From the NCBI GenBank assembly GCA_017458195.1, contig JAFTGI010000102.1:13556-77555 (forward strand): DNA of 64,000 nucleotides, written 5' to 3'. Position numbers and translations under genes: made by a program. Every line of letters begins with the position of its first letter. Position 1 is the first letter of the stretch. The stretch comes from Prevotella sp. (GTDB taxonomy: Bacteria; Bacteroidota; Bacteroidia; Bacteroidales; Bacteroidaceae). The notes under the pieces are model-generated. The model was not told the origin of the DNA and did no database searches. It saw nothing but the letters and a program-made list of their open reading frames with translations. Positions 37,874 through 49,000 of the stretch are shown here, in pieces.

Positions 37874-39192
37874 TCAACCACTTCCACTACGTAGTCGGGC
37901 AGGGCGTCGTGCTCGGGCAGCTCGATGGTCAGCGTCTGGGCCTTCTTGTTGAAGTGGCTGGTCAGGGGCTCGCGGGTGATGAAGTCGACGACCTGGGCGG
38001 GCTTCTTCTGGCAGGGCATGTCGATGTGGCAGGCCGAGCGCTCCGTGACGTGCAGGAACAGGCGGGCGGGCTGCTTCTTCCCGGCGGCGGGCAGCAGCGT
38101 CGAGACGCCCCAGGCCGACTCCTCGACGGGGCCGCGCTGAGTGCCGTAGATGGTCTCGCCGTAGGCCTGCATCCACTGGCCCACGCCGTGCAGGCGGTTG
38201 ATGGCCGTGCGGGGCAGCTCGCCATTGGGCTGCGGGCCGATGTTGAGCAGCAGGTTGGCGCCCTTCGAGGCGCAGCGCACGATGAGCTGCACGAGCTCGT
38301 CGACCGACTTGTAGTTCTGGTCCTTCACCTTGTAGCCCCAGGCGCCGTTCATCGTCTGGCACATCTCTAAGGGCAGCTTCGAAATCTTCTGACCCTCAGA
38401 GAAACCGGCCGTGTTCTCACCCGGCACGTCGCGCTCGAACATCTGATAGTCCTCGCCCTCGATGACGTCAGAGTGGTGGTTGTTGCCCAGCAGCACCGAG
38501 GGCTTCACCGAGTGCAGGTAGCTGTAGAACTCGGGCATGCGCCAGTCGAAGGGCTCTGCGTCGGAGTCGTGGTCCCAATTGCCGTCGAACCAGAGTGCGT
38601 CGACGTTGGGATACTGCGTCAGCAGCTCGCGGCACTGATTCTTCATGAACTGCATGTAGTGGTCGAAGTCGGGCTGCATGGCGCGCCCGTTCTTGAGTCC
38701 GGTGCGGCCGAGGGGGTAGTCCGTGCGATACCAGTCGAGCGTGGAATAATAGAGGTGGAGGCTGAGGCCCCCGTCAGCGCAGGCCTGGGCCAGCTCGCCG
38801 ACAATGTCGCGCTTGAAGGGCGTGGCGTCCATGATGTTATACTTGCTCTCCTTCGTGGGCCACATCGAGAAACCGTCGTGGTGGCGCGAGGTGAACGTGA
38901 CGTACTTGGCGCCCGACGACTTGAAGGCCTCGACCCACTCCTTGGCATTGAACCTGACGGGATAGAAGCACGAGGCGGCCTTCGAGTATTCCTGTCCGTC
39001 GAGCCCGCCGCTCTCCAGATACCATTCGCCCTGCGCAAACTCGGCGTAGATGCCCCAGTGGATGAAGATGCCCAATCGGAAGCCCTCGAACGTGCGGCGT
39101 GCCTCGAGGTTCTCCGGCGTCGGCACATACTGTGCCCAGGCGCTGAGGCCCATCGTGAGGGCCATCAGCAGTAGTGTCAGTTGTCGTTTCAT
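37870..39192 (-). CDS. Alpha-L-fucosidase (GH29)
   Basis: GIFIHWGIY, TSRHHDGF, LWFDGNWD, NLLLNIGP; signal peptide. Confidence 0.92.
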   Translation of the reverse strand: MKRQLTLLLMALTMGLSAWAQYVPTPENLEARRTFEGFRLGIFIHWGIYAEFAQGEWYLESGGLDGQEYSKAASCFYPVRFNAKEWVEAFKSSGAKYVTFTSRHHDGFSMWPTKESKYNIMDATPFKRDIVGELAQACADGGLSLHLYYSTLDWYRTDYPLGRTGLKNGRAMQPDFDHYMQFMKNQCRELLTQYPNVDALWFDGNWDHDSDAEPFDWRMPEFYSYLHSVKPSVLLGNNHHSDVIEGEDYQMFERDVPGENTAGFSEGQKISKLPLEMCQTMNGAWGYKVKDQNYKSVDELVQLIVRCASKGANLLLNIGPQPNGELPRTAINRLHGVGQWMQAYGETIYGTQRGPVEESAWGVSTLLPAAGKKQPARLFLHVTERSACHIDMPCQKKPAQVVDFITREPLTSHFNKKAQTLTIELPEHDALPDYVVEVVE

Positions 39193-39305
39193 GTCCTTTT
39201 GTTTTTCGTTGTTAGTCAATTACGCCACAAAGATACAATTTTTTCGGCAAACGGGAGCCGGAAGGACAAAAAAATCTTTGGTGGTTTCGCTACTCTTTAG
39301 ATATT

Positions 39306-39589
39306 TTTCTCATTCGTGGCGACCGCACCATTGACCAGATGGTGCAGGCAGCCCGCTCAGGAAAACAGAATATTGTGGAAGGCTCGGCCGATGGAGTCAC
39401 TACCAGAAGCAACTGGAAGATACGTTCATCAAGGAGGGAGGCATCAGGGAGCGTATGACTGCAGCCCGTCTGGGCTACCGCACCAACCAGCGCGAGGAGA
39501 TAGCGCGGTTGAAGCAGGAACTGGACCGGGCCCGGCGGCGCATCGCCGAATTGGAAGCAAGGCTGGCAGAGAAAGAGAGGCAGGGATAG
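39306..39589 (+). pseudogene. Four-helix-bundle (23S rRNA IVP/Avd-like) protein with suffix domain; truncated and internally deleted
   Basis: FLIRGDRTIDQMVQAARSGKQNIVEGSADGVT, then a frame change near 39400 to YQKQLEDTFIKEGGIRERMTAARLGYR...EKERQG*; not in the ORF track. Confidence 0.8.
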
Positions 39590-39693
39590 TTTTTCTAGAT
39601 TGGCTAGATTTTCTAGTCTTACTAGTATATCTAGTCTGAATAGTATGTCTAGTCTGACTAGTATGTCTAGCCTTACTAGTATTTCTATCCCAG
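39586..39693. repeat. 12 x 9-nt CTAG-cored tandem repeat
   Basis: ATAGTTTTT CTAGATTGG CTAGATTTT CTAGTCTTA CTAGTATAT CTAGTCTGA ATAGTATGT CTAGTCTGA CTAGTATGT CTAGCCTTA CTAGTATTT CTATCCCAG. Confidence 0.92.
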
Positions 39694-39712
39694 CTAAGAA
39701 GAATCAATATCT

Positions 39713-39910
39713 GGCTCAGTCCTAAAAACTGGTTGCAGAAACTGTGGCTCTTTACTGGCAAATAAACGTCACTTTGATTACAAAGTGGTGCTTTTTGAAG
39801 GTAATATACCCCTATATTACTTTCGAGAAGGACCCCTTCTTGACTTGCGAAGAACCATCTCACCGATAGGGAAGGACCGATATTATTCAACCGGTTATTC
39901 AGACTGAGCC
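39713..39910 (+). mobile_element. 198-bp MITE, copy 1
   Basis: Terminal inverted repeats GGCTCAGTC...GACTGAGCC; flanks CAATATCT / CAATATAT (7/8 target duplication). Confidence 0.88.
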
Positions 39911-39931
39911 CAATATATGTCGACAAGGTAT

Positions 39932-40400
39932 CTATTGAACGACGACCTTGCGGCGGCTGCTGACGTAGAGGCCCCTGCGGAGCGCCTGTGATGCTGACGC
40001 GAGGGGCGACACCCGGCGGCCGGAGAGGTCGTAGAGAGGGTGGGGGGCACTCCCGGCGTCCCAGCCGGAGCGGATGTCGCCGTAGTAGCTCTGGTGATGG
40101 CCGCGGGCCCAGGTGATGCGCTCCTGACCGTCGGGCAGGGTCTCGCAGTGGTCGGGCTGCGGCTGCAGGATGATGTGGCGGAAGCCGGGCGCCTGCTCGT
40201 CGTAGCCGATGCCGAGCATGTAGCGGAACATCCACTCGCCGACACCAGGGCACGAGGATGCCGGCGTCGCTCCAGGCACTGCCGCCGAATCCGGCATAGC
40301 CCGTGGGAGCCGTGTCGGGGAAGGCACCGTCGTCGCGCTGTCCGTCGCGCATGTCCTGCATCCATTTGCGGTAGAAGGTCTCGAGGTTGGCGAAGTACAT
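39932..40400 (-). pseudogene. GH78 alpha-L-rhamnosidase remnant with multiple internal deletions and a T9SS tail
   Basis: FYRKWMQDMRDGQRDDGAFPDTAP...AWSDAGILVPW joined out of frame to VGEWMFRYMLGI..PGFRHIILQPQP..SYYGDIRSGW, then LYDLSGRRV..RGLYV..RKVVVQ*. Confidence 0.8.
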
Positions 40401-40486
40401 GGCCGATGTACAAAATTCAAACCCTTACTTTGACACATCTGGAAATCCGCAATATCCGTGGTAAAATAAATCTTCAAGAACGTGAG

Positions 40487-42106
40487 TTATTTTGTTCTGG
40501 TTTGGGGCATCGGCTCGACGAGCGTCAAGTCGATATAGTCAATGTTTGGGGCGAAGCCGACGGGCTGGCCGAGGCGGATGGTGTTGTAGCCGGGATGGAG
40601 CGTCACGTCGAGCTCGAGACTGCTCCAGGCGGTGTCCCATGCGCCGCTGTTAAGGTTGTCGAAGAAGCCCAGGTCTTTGCCATTGACGTGAACCTGCAGG
40701 GAGCGGTCCTCGCCCGAGGCATAGCGGACGGTCAGGCGGTAGCGGCCGCCGGTGGTGCTGTAGACGGCGGGCCACTCCATATAGTTGCCCGCGAGATTGC
40801 CCAGCCAGCCTATGTACCAGCCCTGGTCGGCCGATGCTGCCTCCATGGGGCGGGCGTTGGGGAAACCGTTGAGTTCCTGATACTTGCAGGCCCAGGCCTC
40901 CTCGGCCTGATAGCGTGTGCGGTCGGTGCGGGCACCGCTGATGAAGTAGGCCTGTGAGCCGTGGGCGGGAATCGTGACGGTGATGCGCTGCCCGTCGGCG
41001 TAAGCAGCATCCTGACCGGTCAGGCAGTCATGCAGCCGGACAGCGCCCTTCATTTCGAGGGCGGGCAGGCTGAGGTCTATCTGGCGCTGGCTGTCGCTCA
41101 GGTTCATGACGACGACGGCCCGCTTCGGTCCGTGCAGCTGTTCCATGTCCTTGGCCACGACATAGACATCGCCGGAGCGCTGGACGACCGGTGCACCGAG
41201 TCCGAGCGGATCCTGGTTCATGGCAATGAGATCCTTGTTGCAGAGCAGCTTGAGCGACGCCTCGGGAATCTTGGTCATGTCGCAGCCGACGAGCAGCGGC
41301 GACGAGGCGATGCACCAGTAGGCCATGTGGGTGACCTCCTCGTCGTGGCTCAGCGTGCGGCCTATCTCGAGCATGTCCATGTCGTTGTAGTGGCCGGCGC
41401 CGGTGTAGGCCTGAATGTAGAGGTTCTCCTTGATGATGTCGCGGACGGAGGCCCAGCCACACCAGATGTCGCCCGTGGTGCGCCAGGAGTCGGCGATGTC
41501 GCTGATCCACGTGCCGGGATAGGCCCACCGGCAGACGTTGAACGTGATTTTCTTGCCCAGCCGTGCCTCCTGGCGGCGGATGGCCTCGCTGATGCGGGTG
41601 TACTGCGTGCGCTCATTGAGGCTCAGGTGGTTGCCGCCGCAATAGTCGACCTTGATGAAGTCGAAGTTCCAGTCGGCGAAGTAGAGCTGGCAGTCGTCGT
41701 CCTCATGGCCGTAGAAACCCACGTTGAGGCCCCAGGCATGATGGTTGCCGGAGCCGCAGGTGTTGTCGCCCGCATCGCTGTAGATGCCGGCCTTGAGCCC
41801 CAGGCGGTGGATATAGTCGGTCAGGCTGCGCATGCCGCCGGGGAAGCGCTCCTTGTTGAGCCGGAGCTGACCGTCGCGGCCGCGGCCGTCCCAGTAGCCG
41901 TCGTCGATGTTGACATACTTATAGCCGGCGTCAGCCAGTCCCGTGCTGACCATGGCGTCGGCCTGACTCTTGATGAGACTCTCGCTGATGTTGAGTGCGA
42001 AGGTGTTCCATGAGCTCCAGCCCATCGTCGGCGGGTTGAAGTCTTGTGCGTGGGTTGCGCCGGCCGTCATAGCAGCCAGGGCAATCAGAAGTTGTCTTGC
42101 TTTCAT
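40487..42106 (-). CDS. Alpha-galactosidase (GH27) with C-terminal CBM35/CBM6-like module
   Basis: PTMGWSSWN, NIDDGYW, FIKVDYC, SWRTTGDI, YNDMDMLEIG; APNIDYI carbohydrate-binding-module end. Confidence 0.92.
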   Translation of the reverse strand: MKARQLLIALAAMTAGATHAQDFNPPTMGWSSWNTFALNISESLIKSQADAMVSTGLADAGYKYVNIDDGYWDGRGRDGQLRLNKERFPGGMRSLTDYIHRLGLKAGIYSDAGDNTCGSGNHHAWGLNVGFYGHEDDDCQLYFADWNFDFIKVDYCGGNHLSLNERTQYTRISEAIRRQEARLGKKITFNVCRWAYPGTWISDIADSWRTTGDIWCGWASVRDIIKENLYIQAYTGAGHYNDMDMLEIGRTLSHDEEVTHMAYWCIASSPLLVGCDMTKIPEASLKLLCNKDLIAMNQDPLGLGAPVVQRSGDVYVVAKDMEQLHGPKRAVVVMNLSDSQRQIDLSLPALEMKGAVRLHDCLTGQDAAYADGQRITVTIPAHGSQAYFISGARTDRTRYQAEEAWACKYQELNGFPNARPMEAASADQGWYIGWLGNLAGNYMEWPAVYSTTGGRYRLTVRYASGEDRSLQVHVNGKDLGFFDNLNSGAWDTAWSSLELDVTLHPGYNTIRLGQPVGFAPNIDYIDLTLVEPMPQTRTK

Positions 42107-42189
42107 ATGTTTGTAGGCTCTTGATTGTTTCCGTCTACAAAAGTAAACTTTTCTTTTAAATAAACGGAATAAATAATGGTCAAAAAAAA

Positions 42190-42218
42190 GCAGAAACGTG
42201 CCAAATACACGTTTCTGC
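42190..42218 (-). terminator. Intrinsic terminator of the oxidoreductase operon
   Basis: GCAGAAACGTG-loop-CACGTTTCTGC preceded by an A8 run (U tract on the minus strand). Confidence 0.7.
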
Positions 42219-42245
42219 CATTATTTGCGGGAATAAAACTTATCG

Positions 42246-42791
42246 TTACTTCACCTCCTGGATGATCTTGCCACCCTCCTCGAGGGCCTGCATGTTCAGG
42301 GGGATGAGGCCGTGGTGACGCTCGGGCAGGGTCTTCTTCAGAGCCTTTTCGACGCCGCCGAGGCCGACGACGGGACAAATCTTGAGCATGCCGCCCAGCA
42401 CGATCATGTTGAAGATCTTGCCGTTTTGCATCTCGGCAGCCTTGTCCATGGCGTCGATGCGATAGACGTGGATGTCCTTGCGCGTCGGCGGGTTGATGAT
42501 GCCATAGCTGTCGTAGATGAGAATGCCGCCCTCCTTCAGCTTCGGCTCGAACTTCTCGAGCGAGGGCTGGTTGAGCACGATGGCCACGTCATACTTCGAG
42601 AGGATGGGCGACGAGATGCGGTCGTCGCTCACGATCACCGTGACGTTGGCTGTACCGCCGCGCTGCTCGGGGCCATAGGCGGGCATCCATGTCACTTCCT
42701 TATCTTCCATCAGGCCTGAATAAGCCAGAATCTTTCCCATCGAGAGGACACCCTGACCACCAAAACCGGAAATAATTATCTCTTTTTTCAT
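42246..42791 (-). CDS. 2-oxoacid:ferredoxin oxidoreductase, gamma subunit
   Basis: SGFGGQGV, YGPEQRGG, NMIVLG. Confidence 0.92.
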   Translation of the reverse strand: MKKEIIISGFGGQGVLSMGKILAYSGLMEDKEVTWMPAYGPEQRGGTANVTVIVSDDRISSPILSKYDVAIVLNQPSLEKFEPKLKEGGILIYDSYGIINPPTRKDIHVYRIDAMDKAAEMQNGKIFNMIVLGGMLKICPVVGLGGVEKALKKTLPERHHGLIPLNMQALEEGGKIIQEVK

Positions 42792-42794
42792 CTT

Positions 42795-42824
42795 AATTGT
42801 CAATTTTCAATTATCAATTATCAA

Positions 42825-42827
<3 letters not shown>
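42795..42827. repeat. AATTATC/AATTGTC heptamer array within the operon
   Basis: AATTGTC AATTTTC AATTATC AATTATC AATTA; same unit as the mutY arm. Confidence 0.8.
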
Positions 42828-43595
<768 letters not shown>

Positions 43596-43599
43596 AGCC

Positions 43600-44688
43600 T
43601 TACATCAATTTAGTTTTCAATGCATTCACGATTTCTTCGGGTTCGGGCACGATGCCGCCCAGGCGGCCGTAATGCTCGACGGGCACGGTGCCGTTGATGG
43701 CCAGACGAACGTCCTGGACCATCTGGCCGGCATTGATCTCGGCCACGAGCACGCCCTTCATCTTCTTAGCCAGAGCGGCAATCTCCTTCGTGGGGAAGGG
43801 CCACAGCGTGATGGGACGGAAGAGGCCCACCTTCAGACCTTCCTCACGAGCCAGCTCGATGGCCTTCTCAGCGATGCGGGCTGCCGATCCGAAGGCAACA
43901 ATCATATACTCGGCGTCGTCCATCTGCTGGGTCTCGTAGCGCACTTCCTTCTCGCGGATCTCGGCATACTTCTTCTGCAGGTGGATGTTATGCTGCTCCA
44001 TCACCTCAGGCTTCAGCTCCAGCGAGGTGATGACGCGGCGCTGCTGACCCTTCTTCTTGCCGGTCGAGGCCCAGGGACACTGGGCGATGACCTCCTCGTC
44101 GGTGCGGCGGGGCTTGAACGGGGGCAGCACCACCTTCTCCATCATCTGACCGATGACGCCGTCAGAGAGAATCATGGCGGGGTTACGATATTTGAAGGCC
44201 AGCTCGAAGGCCAGGTCGACGAAGTCGGCCATCTCCTGCACCGAGGAGGGGGCCAGCACGATGACCTCATAGTCGCCGTTGCCACCGCCGCGCGTAGCCT
44301 GGAAATAGTCGCCCTGCGAGGGCTGGATCGTTCCGAGTCCGGGGCCGCCACGCTGCACGTTGACAATCAGGGCGGGCAGCTCGGCACCGGCCAGATAGGT
44401 GATGCCTTCCTGCATCAGGGCCACGCCGGGGCTCGACGACGACGTCATGGCGCGCTTGCCGGCACCGGCAGCGCCATAGACCATATAGATACTTGCCAGC
44501 TCGCTCTCAGCCTGCACCACGGCCATACCGGTGGTCTCCCAGGGCTTGAGCTCGGCCAGCGTCTCGATTACTTCACTCTGCGGGGTGATGGGATAGCCAA
44601 AGTATCCATCGACGCCGCAACGGATGGCAGCACGGGCAATGGCCTCGTTGCCTTTCATCAACACAACTTCTCTTTTCTCTTCAGCCAT
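43600..44688 (-). CDS. vorB: 2-oxoacid:ferredoxin oxidoreductase, alpha subunit (VorB-like)
   Basis: MKGNEA, GYPITPQSE, TSSSSPG, QRGGPGLG. Confidence 0.88.
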   Translation of the reverse strand: MAEEKREVVLMKGNEAIARAAIRCGVDGYFGYPITPQSEVIETLAELKPWETTGMAVVQAESELASIYMVYGAAGAGKRAMTSSSSPGVALMQEGITYLAGAELPALIVNVQRGGPGLGTIQPSQGDYFQATRGGGNGDYEVIVLAPSSVQEMADFVDLAFELAFKYRNPAMILSDGVIGQMMEKVVLPPFKPRRTDEEVIAQCPWASTGKKKGQQRRVITSLELKPEVMEQHNIHLQKKYAEIREKEVRYETQQMDDAEYMIVAFGSAARIAEKAIELAREEGLKVGLFRPITLWPFPTKEIAALAKKMKGVLVAEINAGQMVQDVRLAINGTVPVEHYGRLGGIVPEPEEIVNALKTKLM

Positions 44689-44693
44689 AGCGC

Positions 44694-44924
44694 TTAGTCC
44701 TCCATTCGTTTACGATAAACAGTGATACATCCGTCGGGGCATACGATGCCGCATGATGCGCAGCCTACGCATGACTCCATCTGCACCGCCTCCACATAGG
44801 GATAGCCGTGCACGTTGACCTTGTTCGACAGGGCGATGACCTTCTGCGGGCAAGCCACCACACAGAGGGAGCATCCCTTGCATCGGGCAGTGTCAATCAC
44901 GATTACTCCTTTTAATTTTGCCAT
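44694..44924 (-). CDS. 2x[4Fe-4S] ferredoxin (delta subunit)
   Basis: CKGCSLCVVACP and CVGCASCGIVCP. Confidence 0.93.
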   Translation of the reverse strand: MAKLKGVIVIDTARCKGCSLCVVACPQKVIALSNKVNVHGYPYVEAVQMESCVGCASCGIVCPDGCITVYRKRMED

Positions 44925-44983
44925 AGTATTATTTTTGTAAGTTTAGGGGTTATTCTTCCTAAGTGGTGCAAAGATAAGCATAA

Positions 44984-45038
44984 TTTCCGAAACGACAAAG
45001 AAAAAAAGCGGAATTTTTATTTCTTTTCGTTTCGGAAA
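44984..45038. terminator. Hairpin between the TPR gene and the oxidoreductase promoter
   Basis: TTTCCGAAACGACAAAGAAA...TTTCTTTTCGTTTCGGAAA. Confidence 0.5.
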
Positions 45039-45048
45039 CTTTGTGGGC

Positions 45049-45228
45049 TCAAGGGTTATAGAGATCCTTGCAGTAGTAGTTCATGATGTCCTCGAGCATC
45101 CGCCGCGCCGTGACGGCCGGGCTGTCGGGGTCGAGTTCAATGGCCTGTGTGTAGCAGTTCATGGCCTCATGCCACTGTCCCTGCCGTCGGAACTGGTTGC
45201 CCTGCTCGTAGTATTCCTGTGCTGTCAT
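45049..45228 (-). CDS. Small TPR protein (59 aa)
   Basis: [34 protein letters not shown]; ATGA overlap with the folD stop. Confidence 0.85.
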   Translation of the reverse strand: MTAQEYYEQGNQFRRQGQWHEAMNCYTQAIELDPDSPAVTARRMLEDIMNYYCKDLYNP

Positions 45229-46094
45229 CGTTTTGCGGCCTTCAGCGTGTTCTGCATCAACGAGCAAATGGTCATGGGCCCTACACCACCGGGCACGGGC
45301 GTGATATAGGAGCAGAGCGGACTGACCTCGTCGAACTTCACGTCGCCGGAGAGGCGGAAGCCGCTCTTGCGCGTCGGGTCGGGCACGCGGGTGGTGCCCA
45401 CGTCGATGACGACGGCGCCGGGCTTCACCATGTCGGCGGTGACGAACTCGGGCTGTCCGATGGCGGCGATGATGATGTCGGCCGCGCGGCACTCCTCCTT
45501 CAGCGTCTTCGAATGCGAGTGGCAGACGGTGACCGTCGCGTCGCCATACTGCTTCTGCATCATCAGCTGCGCCATGGGCTTGCCCACGATGTTCGAGCGG
45601 CCCAGGATGACGCACTTCTTCCCGCTGGTCTCGATGCCATATCTTTTAAGCAAGGTGATGATGCCGAGCGGTGTGGCCGAGATGAAGCAGTCGAGCCCGA
45701 TGGCCATGCGCCCCACGTTGACGGGATGGAAGCCGTCGACATCCTTCCGCGGGTCGATGGCCTCGGTCACCTTCTGCTCGTCGATATGCTTCGGCAGTGG
45801 CAGCTGCACAATAAATCCGTCGATGTCGTCGTCGCGGTTCAGCCGCTCAACGCAAGCCAGGAGTTCCTCCTCCGTGATGTTGTCCTCATAGCGGATGAGC
45901 GTCGACTTAAATCCGCACTGCTCGCAGGCCAGCACCTTATTCTTTACGTAAGTTTCCGAGCCGCCGTCGTGCCCAACGAGCACCGCAGCCAGGTGAGGCT
46001 GCCGTCCGCCTCCCTCCACTATACGTTTCACTTCCTCGGCAATCTCGGCCTTGATCTGCTGGGCCGTTGCCTTTCCGTCGATTAACTGATACAT
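45225..46094 (-). CDS. folD: Methylenetetrahydrofolate dehydrogenase/cyclohydrolase
   Basis: [34 protein letters not shown]. Confidence 0.97.
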   Translation of the reverse strand: MYQLIDGKATAQQIKAEIAEEVKRIVEGGGRQPHLAAVLVGHDGGSETYVKNKVLACEQCGFKSTLIRYEDNITEEELLACVERLNRDDDIDGFIVQLPLPKHIDEQKVTEAIDPRKDVDGFHPVNVGRMAIGLDCFISATPLGIITLLKRYGIETSGKKCVILGRSNIVGKPMAQLMMQKQYGDATVTVCHSHSKTLKEECRAADIIIAAIGQPEFVTADMVKPGAVVIDVGTTRVPDPTRKSGFRLSGDVKFDEVSPLCSYITPVPGGVGPMTICSLMQNTLKAAKR

Positions 46095-46097
46095 AAA

Positions 46098-49000
46098 TTA
46101 TTTGAGAACGATGTTGATAATATTCGTTACGTCGGAGATGCTGATGCCGCCAACCCCGTCGACGTCGGCCAGTTCTTCATCGAAGATACCCGTCTGGGCG
46201 AGGCCGAGGATATGGTTGATGATGGCAATGGCGTCGGCAATGTCCACATTTCCGTCGTGGTTGACATCACCCAGCTGATACTTCTTCGGCAGCGGGGTCT
46301 GGAAGCCGATTTCATACATGAAGCCTCTGTAAGTGCTTGCTTCCACCTTGTAAACCTTGGCAGCATCGAGATTGGATACGGTTAGAGTATAAGCAGCCGT
46401 CGTGCTTGTCGAAGTACTTGTTGCACTCTTAGTCGCCGTTGAAGAAGCTGTAATAGAACCATCGCTGTTGCTCGTACATTCATAAACTTTTAGTGCAGCG
46501 GGGTAATCGCTGGTAACACCTGTACGTCCCATTCCGAGAAGCTTGGCTTCGGTGACGTTTGTAACATAGAATGAAACGGTCCGCTGAGTTGTCGAAGTAC
46601 GACTGTCATTGCCCATGGCTCTTGCCCGGCCGTTACCAGTGCTCGCGGTGAAATATGAACTGCTGCCTTGCAGAACGTCATTTGCATTCCATGTTACACC
46701 CGCGTATGTATTGTTTGTAGATGTAATATTGCTCTCAATCCACTTCTGCGGATGACTGTTATAATACGTACCTACCCAGGCGCCATAGACGGGCATTGTC
46801 AGCCAGGCCACCTCATCCTCCTCATACTCAGTGTACTTATAGAGTGTGTTGACATAGGTGGTGCTCCACCCGGCCTCGTCGATGGTCTGATACTTGGCGA
46901 TGTTCAGGTAGGGGTCGCTGGCGGTGCCGACGTCCAGAGCGGTGGCTGTCAGGGTGATCGTGACGCTGGCTGCACCGGCACTGGCTAATACGAGCGTGCC
47001 CTCGAAGGTGCCTTCGGCGGCCGACCGGAATGAAACCGCGATGTCAGCGCCCTCATCCGTGACCTCAAAGCTTGTCTTGTCGACCGAGAACACTCCGTTG
47101 TCGTCGGTCAGCGTTGCCGTGACATTCTGCGTCAGGAAACGGCCGCTGACGTGGAGCGTCTGAGTGGCTTCGTCGTCAAGCCGTGCGCTGAACGTCATCG
47201 TCTTCTGTCCGGGCACGATGGTGGGGTCGTCCGTGGTGCCAAGGATATATTTGATGCCGGCGAGGGCGTCGATTTTTCCGTTGCCGAAGTGTGAGGCATT
47301 GGCCCCCGTGGTGGTATAGGCGTCGTTGATGGCCGTCTCTTTCATGATTTGCTTCACGTCGTTGACCGTGAGGTTCTTGTGCAGGGCATTCTCGTCCATC
47401 GAAGCCTGTAGCCAGAGGGCCACGATGCCGGCTGCCGTCGGCGTGGCCATCGACGTGCCTTCCATCGAGCCGTAGGGATTGGTGGTATTCTTGTTGACGC
47501 GATACATGTCGTAGTAGGTAGAATTACCATTGATATAGCTTAAGCTGCCGGAGGTGTTGTAGTGATTCACACCCGCTACGATTGTGGCGCCAGGGGCGCA
47601 GATCCAGGGGTAAGCTAAGCCCGTAGGGCTCTGGTCTGCTGTGGCATAAGAAGAGAAATAAGCAATGTCGCCGACGTTGGGATAGCTCGATGCGAGGCTA
47701 TGCGTCGTTCCATTATAGTCCGTGACGCTGTTCTTCGTCACGTAGGCGCCGACGGAGATGGCGTTCTCGTACATGGCTTCGTCGCTGACACACATGTCGT
47801 CGCTGCCATCTGTCCAGGTATAACCACTCGTCGAAGGCGTATTTGTGTAATAGTTATAAGCAGAACCACTCCAGATGTCAACTATATCGCTGCCGCTTTC
47901 AGGGTAGAACTGCACGGCAAGCTTGTTGCCGCTGCTCATCTTAAGTTCCGACGCATATAGAATAATCTGTGATTTTCCATTCCCGTCTACATAGTCGCGA
48001 TAGGCATAAAGTGCCCCGCTGCTGACATAATTACTGATGCCACTGACAATCGTTTCACTGCTCTCGCCCGAACCGGAAACCGACACCGGCACCTCCGCCT
48101 TCTTCGTGCCGCTGCTGCTGATGACAATCACTTTGCAAGCCAGAGTCTTGCCCGTGGAGCGTGTCCAGGCATTGGCAAGCATACCATCGTAATAAGTGAG
48201 CCCATAGTCGGTGTTCCAGTTGACGACCGTGCCCAAGGGATTGCTTTTGCTGGCCGTGCCAACCACGTGGAAACCGTTGCTGCCTGCATCGTTGGAAGCA
48301 GCAAACAGGCAGACATGATTGGGATGGCTGTCACCGAAATACTGGTTGACGATATCAGCCATTTCGCCTGTGCCGTCGTGCGGACCGACCTGTGAGCCCC
48401 AACTGTTGCTCACCACGACGGGCATGCCCTTGGAGTCAGCATAGTTGCAAATCTTCTGGAACGAGTTGGCCAGGTAGGTGTCGCTCAGGTCGCAGCCAGC
48501 CAGGAAAAGGTCGGCACCGGGGGCCATGCCGCCATAGGTGGCGTTGGCATGGTCGTCGGTCACGGTCACCGTAGAACCGCTGACTATGACGCTGGAGCCG
48601 CCAGCCGTGCTGCTGGTGTGAGTGCCGTGGTCCTCGGAGGAGTCGTCGGTGGTGGGAGCCGAACTGGTTATTGCGTTGCTGGTGCCGTCGCCATATTCTT
48701 CCTCTGAATAGGTTGTTGTATAAGTGCGGGGATTATATGTAGCCGTCACTACGTAGGCACGCTTGATGCGCGAATTGCCGTTTTTGTCCTTGAAGGCGAT
48801 GTGCTGGAAGTCGATGCCGGTATCGATGATGCCGAGCAGCACGCCCGTGCCGTCGTACTTCTGGTTCAGTCCTGCATTGAAGGCATCGTTGGAGAGCGTC
48901 AGGGCATCGTCGACGTTAGTGGCCTGACGGGCCTTGTCGGTCAGTGGACGGCGCTTGGCTGAGACGCTGATTCGCGACACCTTTGCGATGTCGGCAACGT

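Noticed and set aside
39306-39693. Diversity-generating retroelement suggested by the Avd-like fold
   Set aside because: No reverse transcriptase and no template/variable repeat pair with adenine-specific mismatches was seen in the window
39444-40400. 318-aa ORF as a real gene
   Set aside because: It is a chimeric read-through of a GH78 fragment, the MITE and the nonamer repeat
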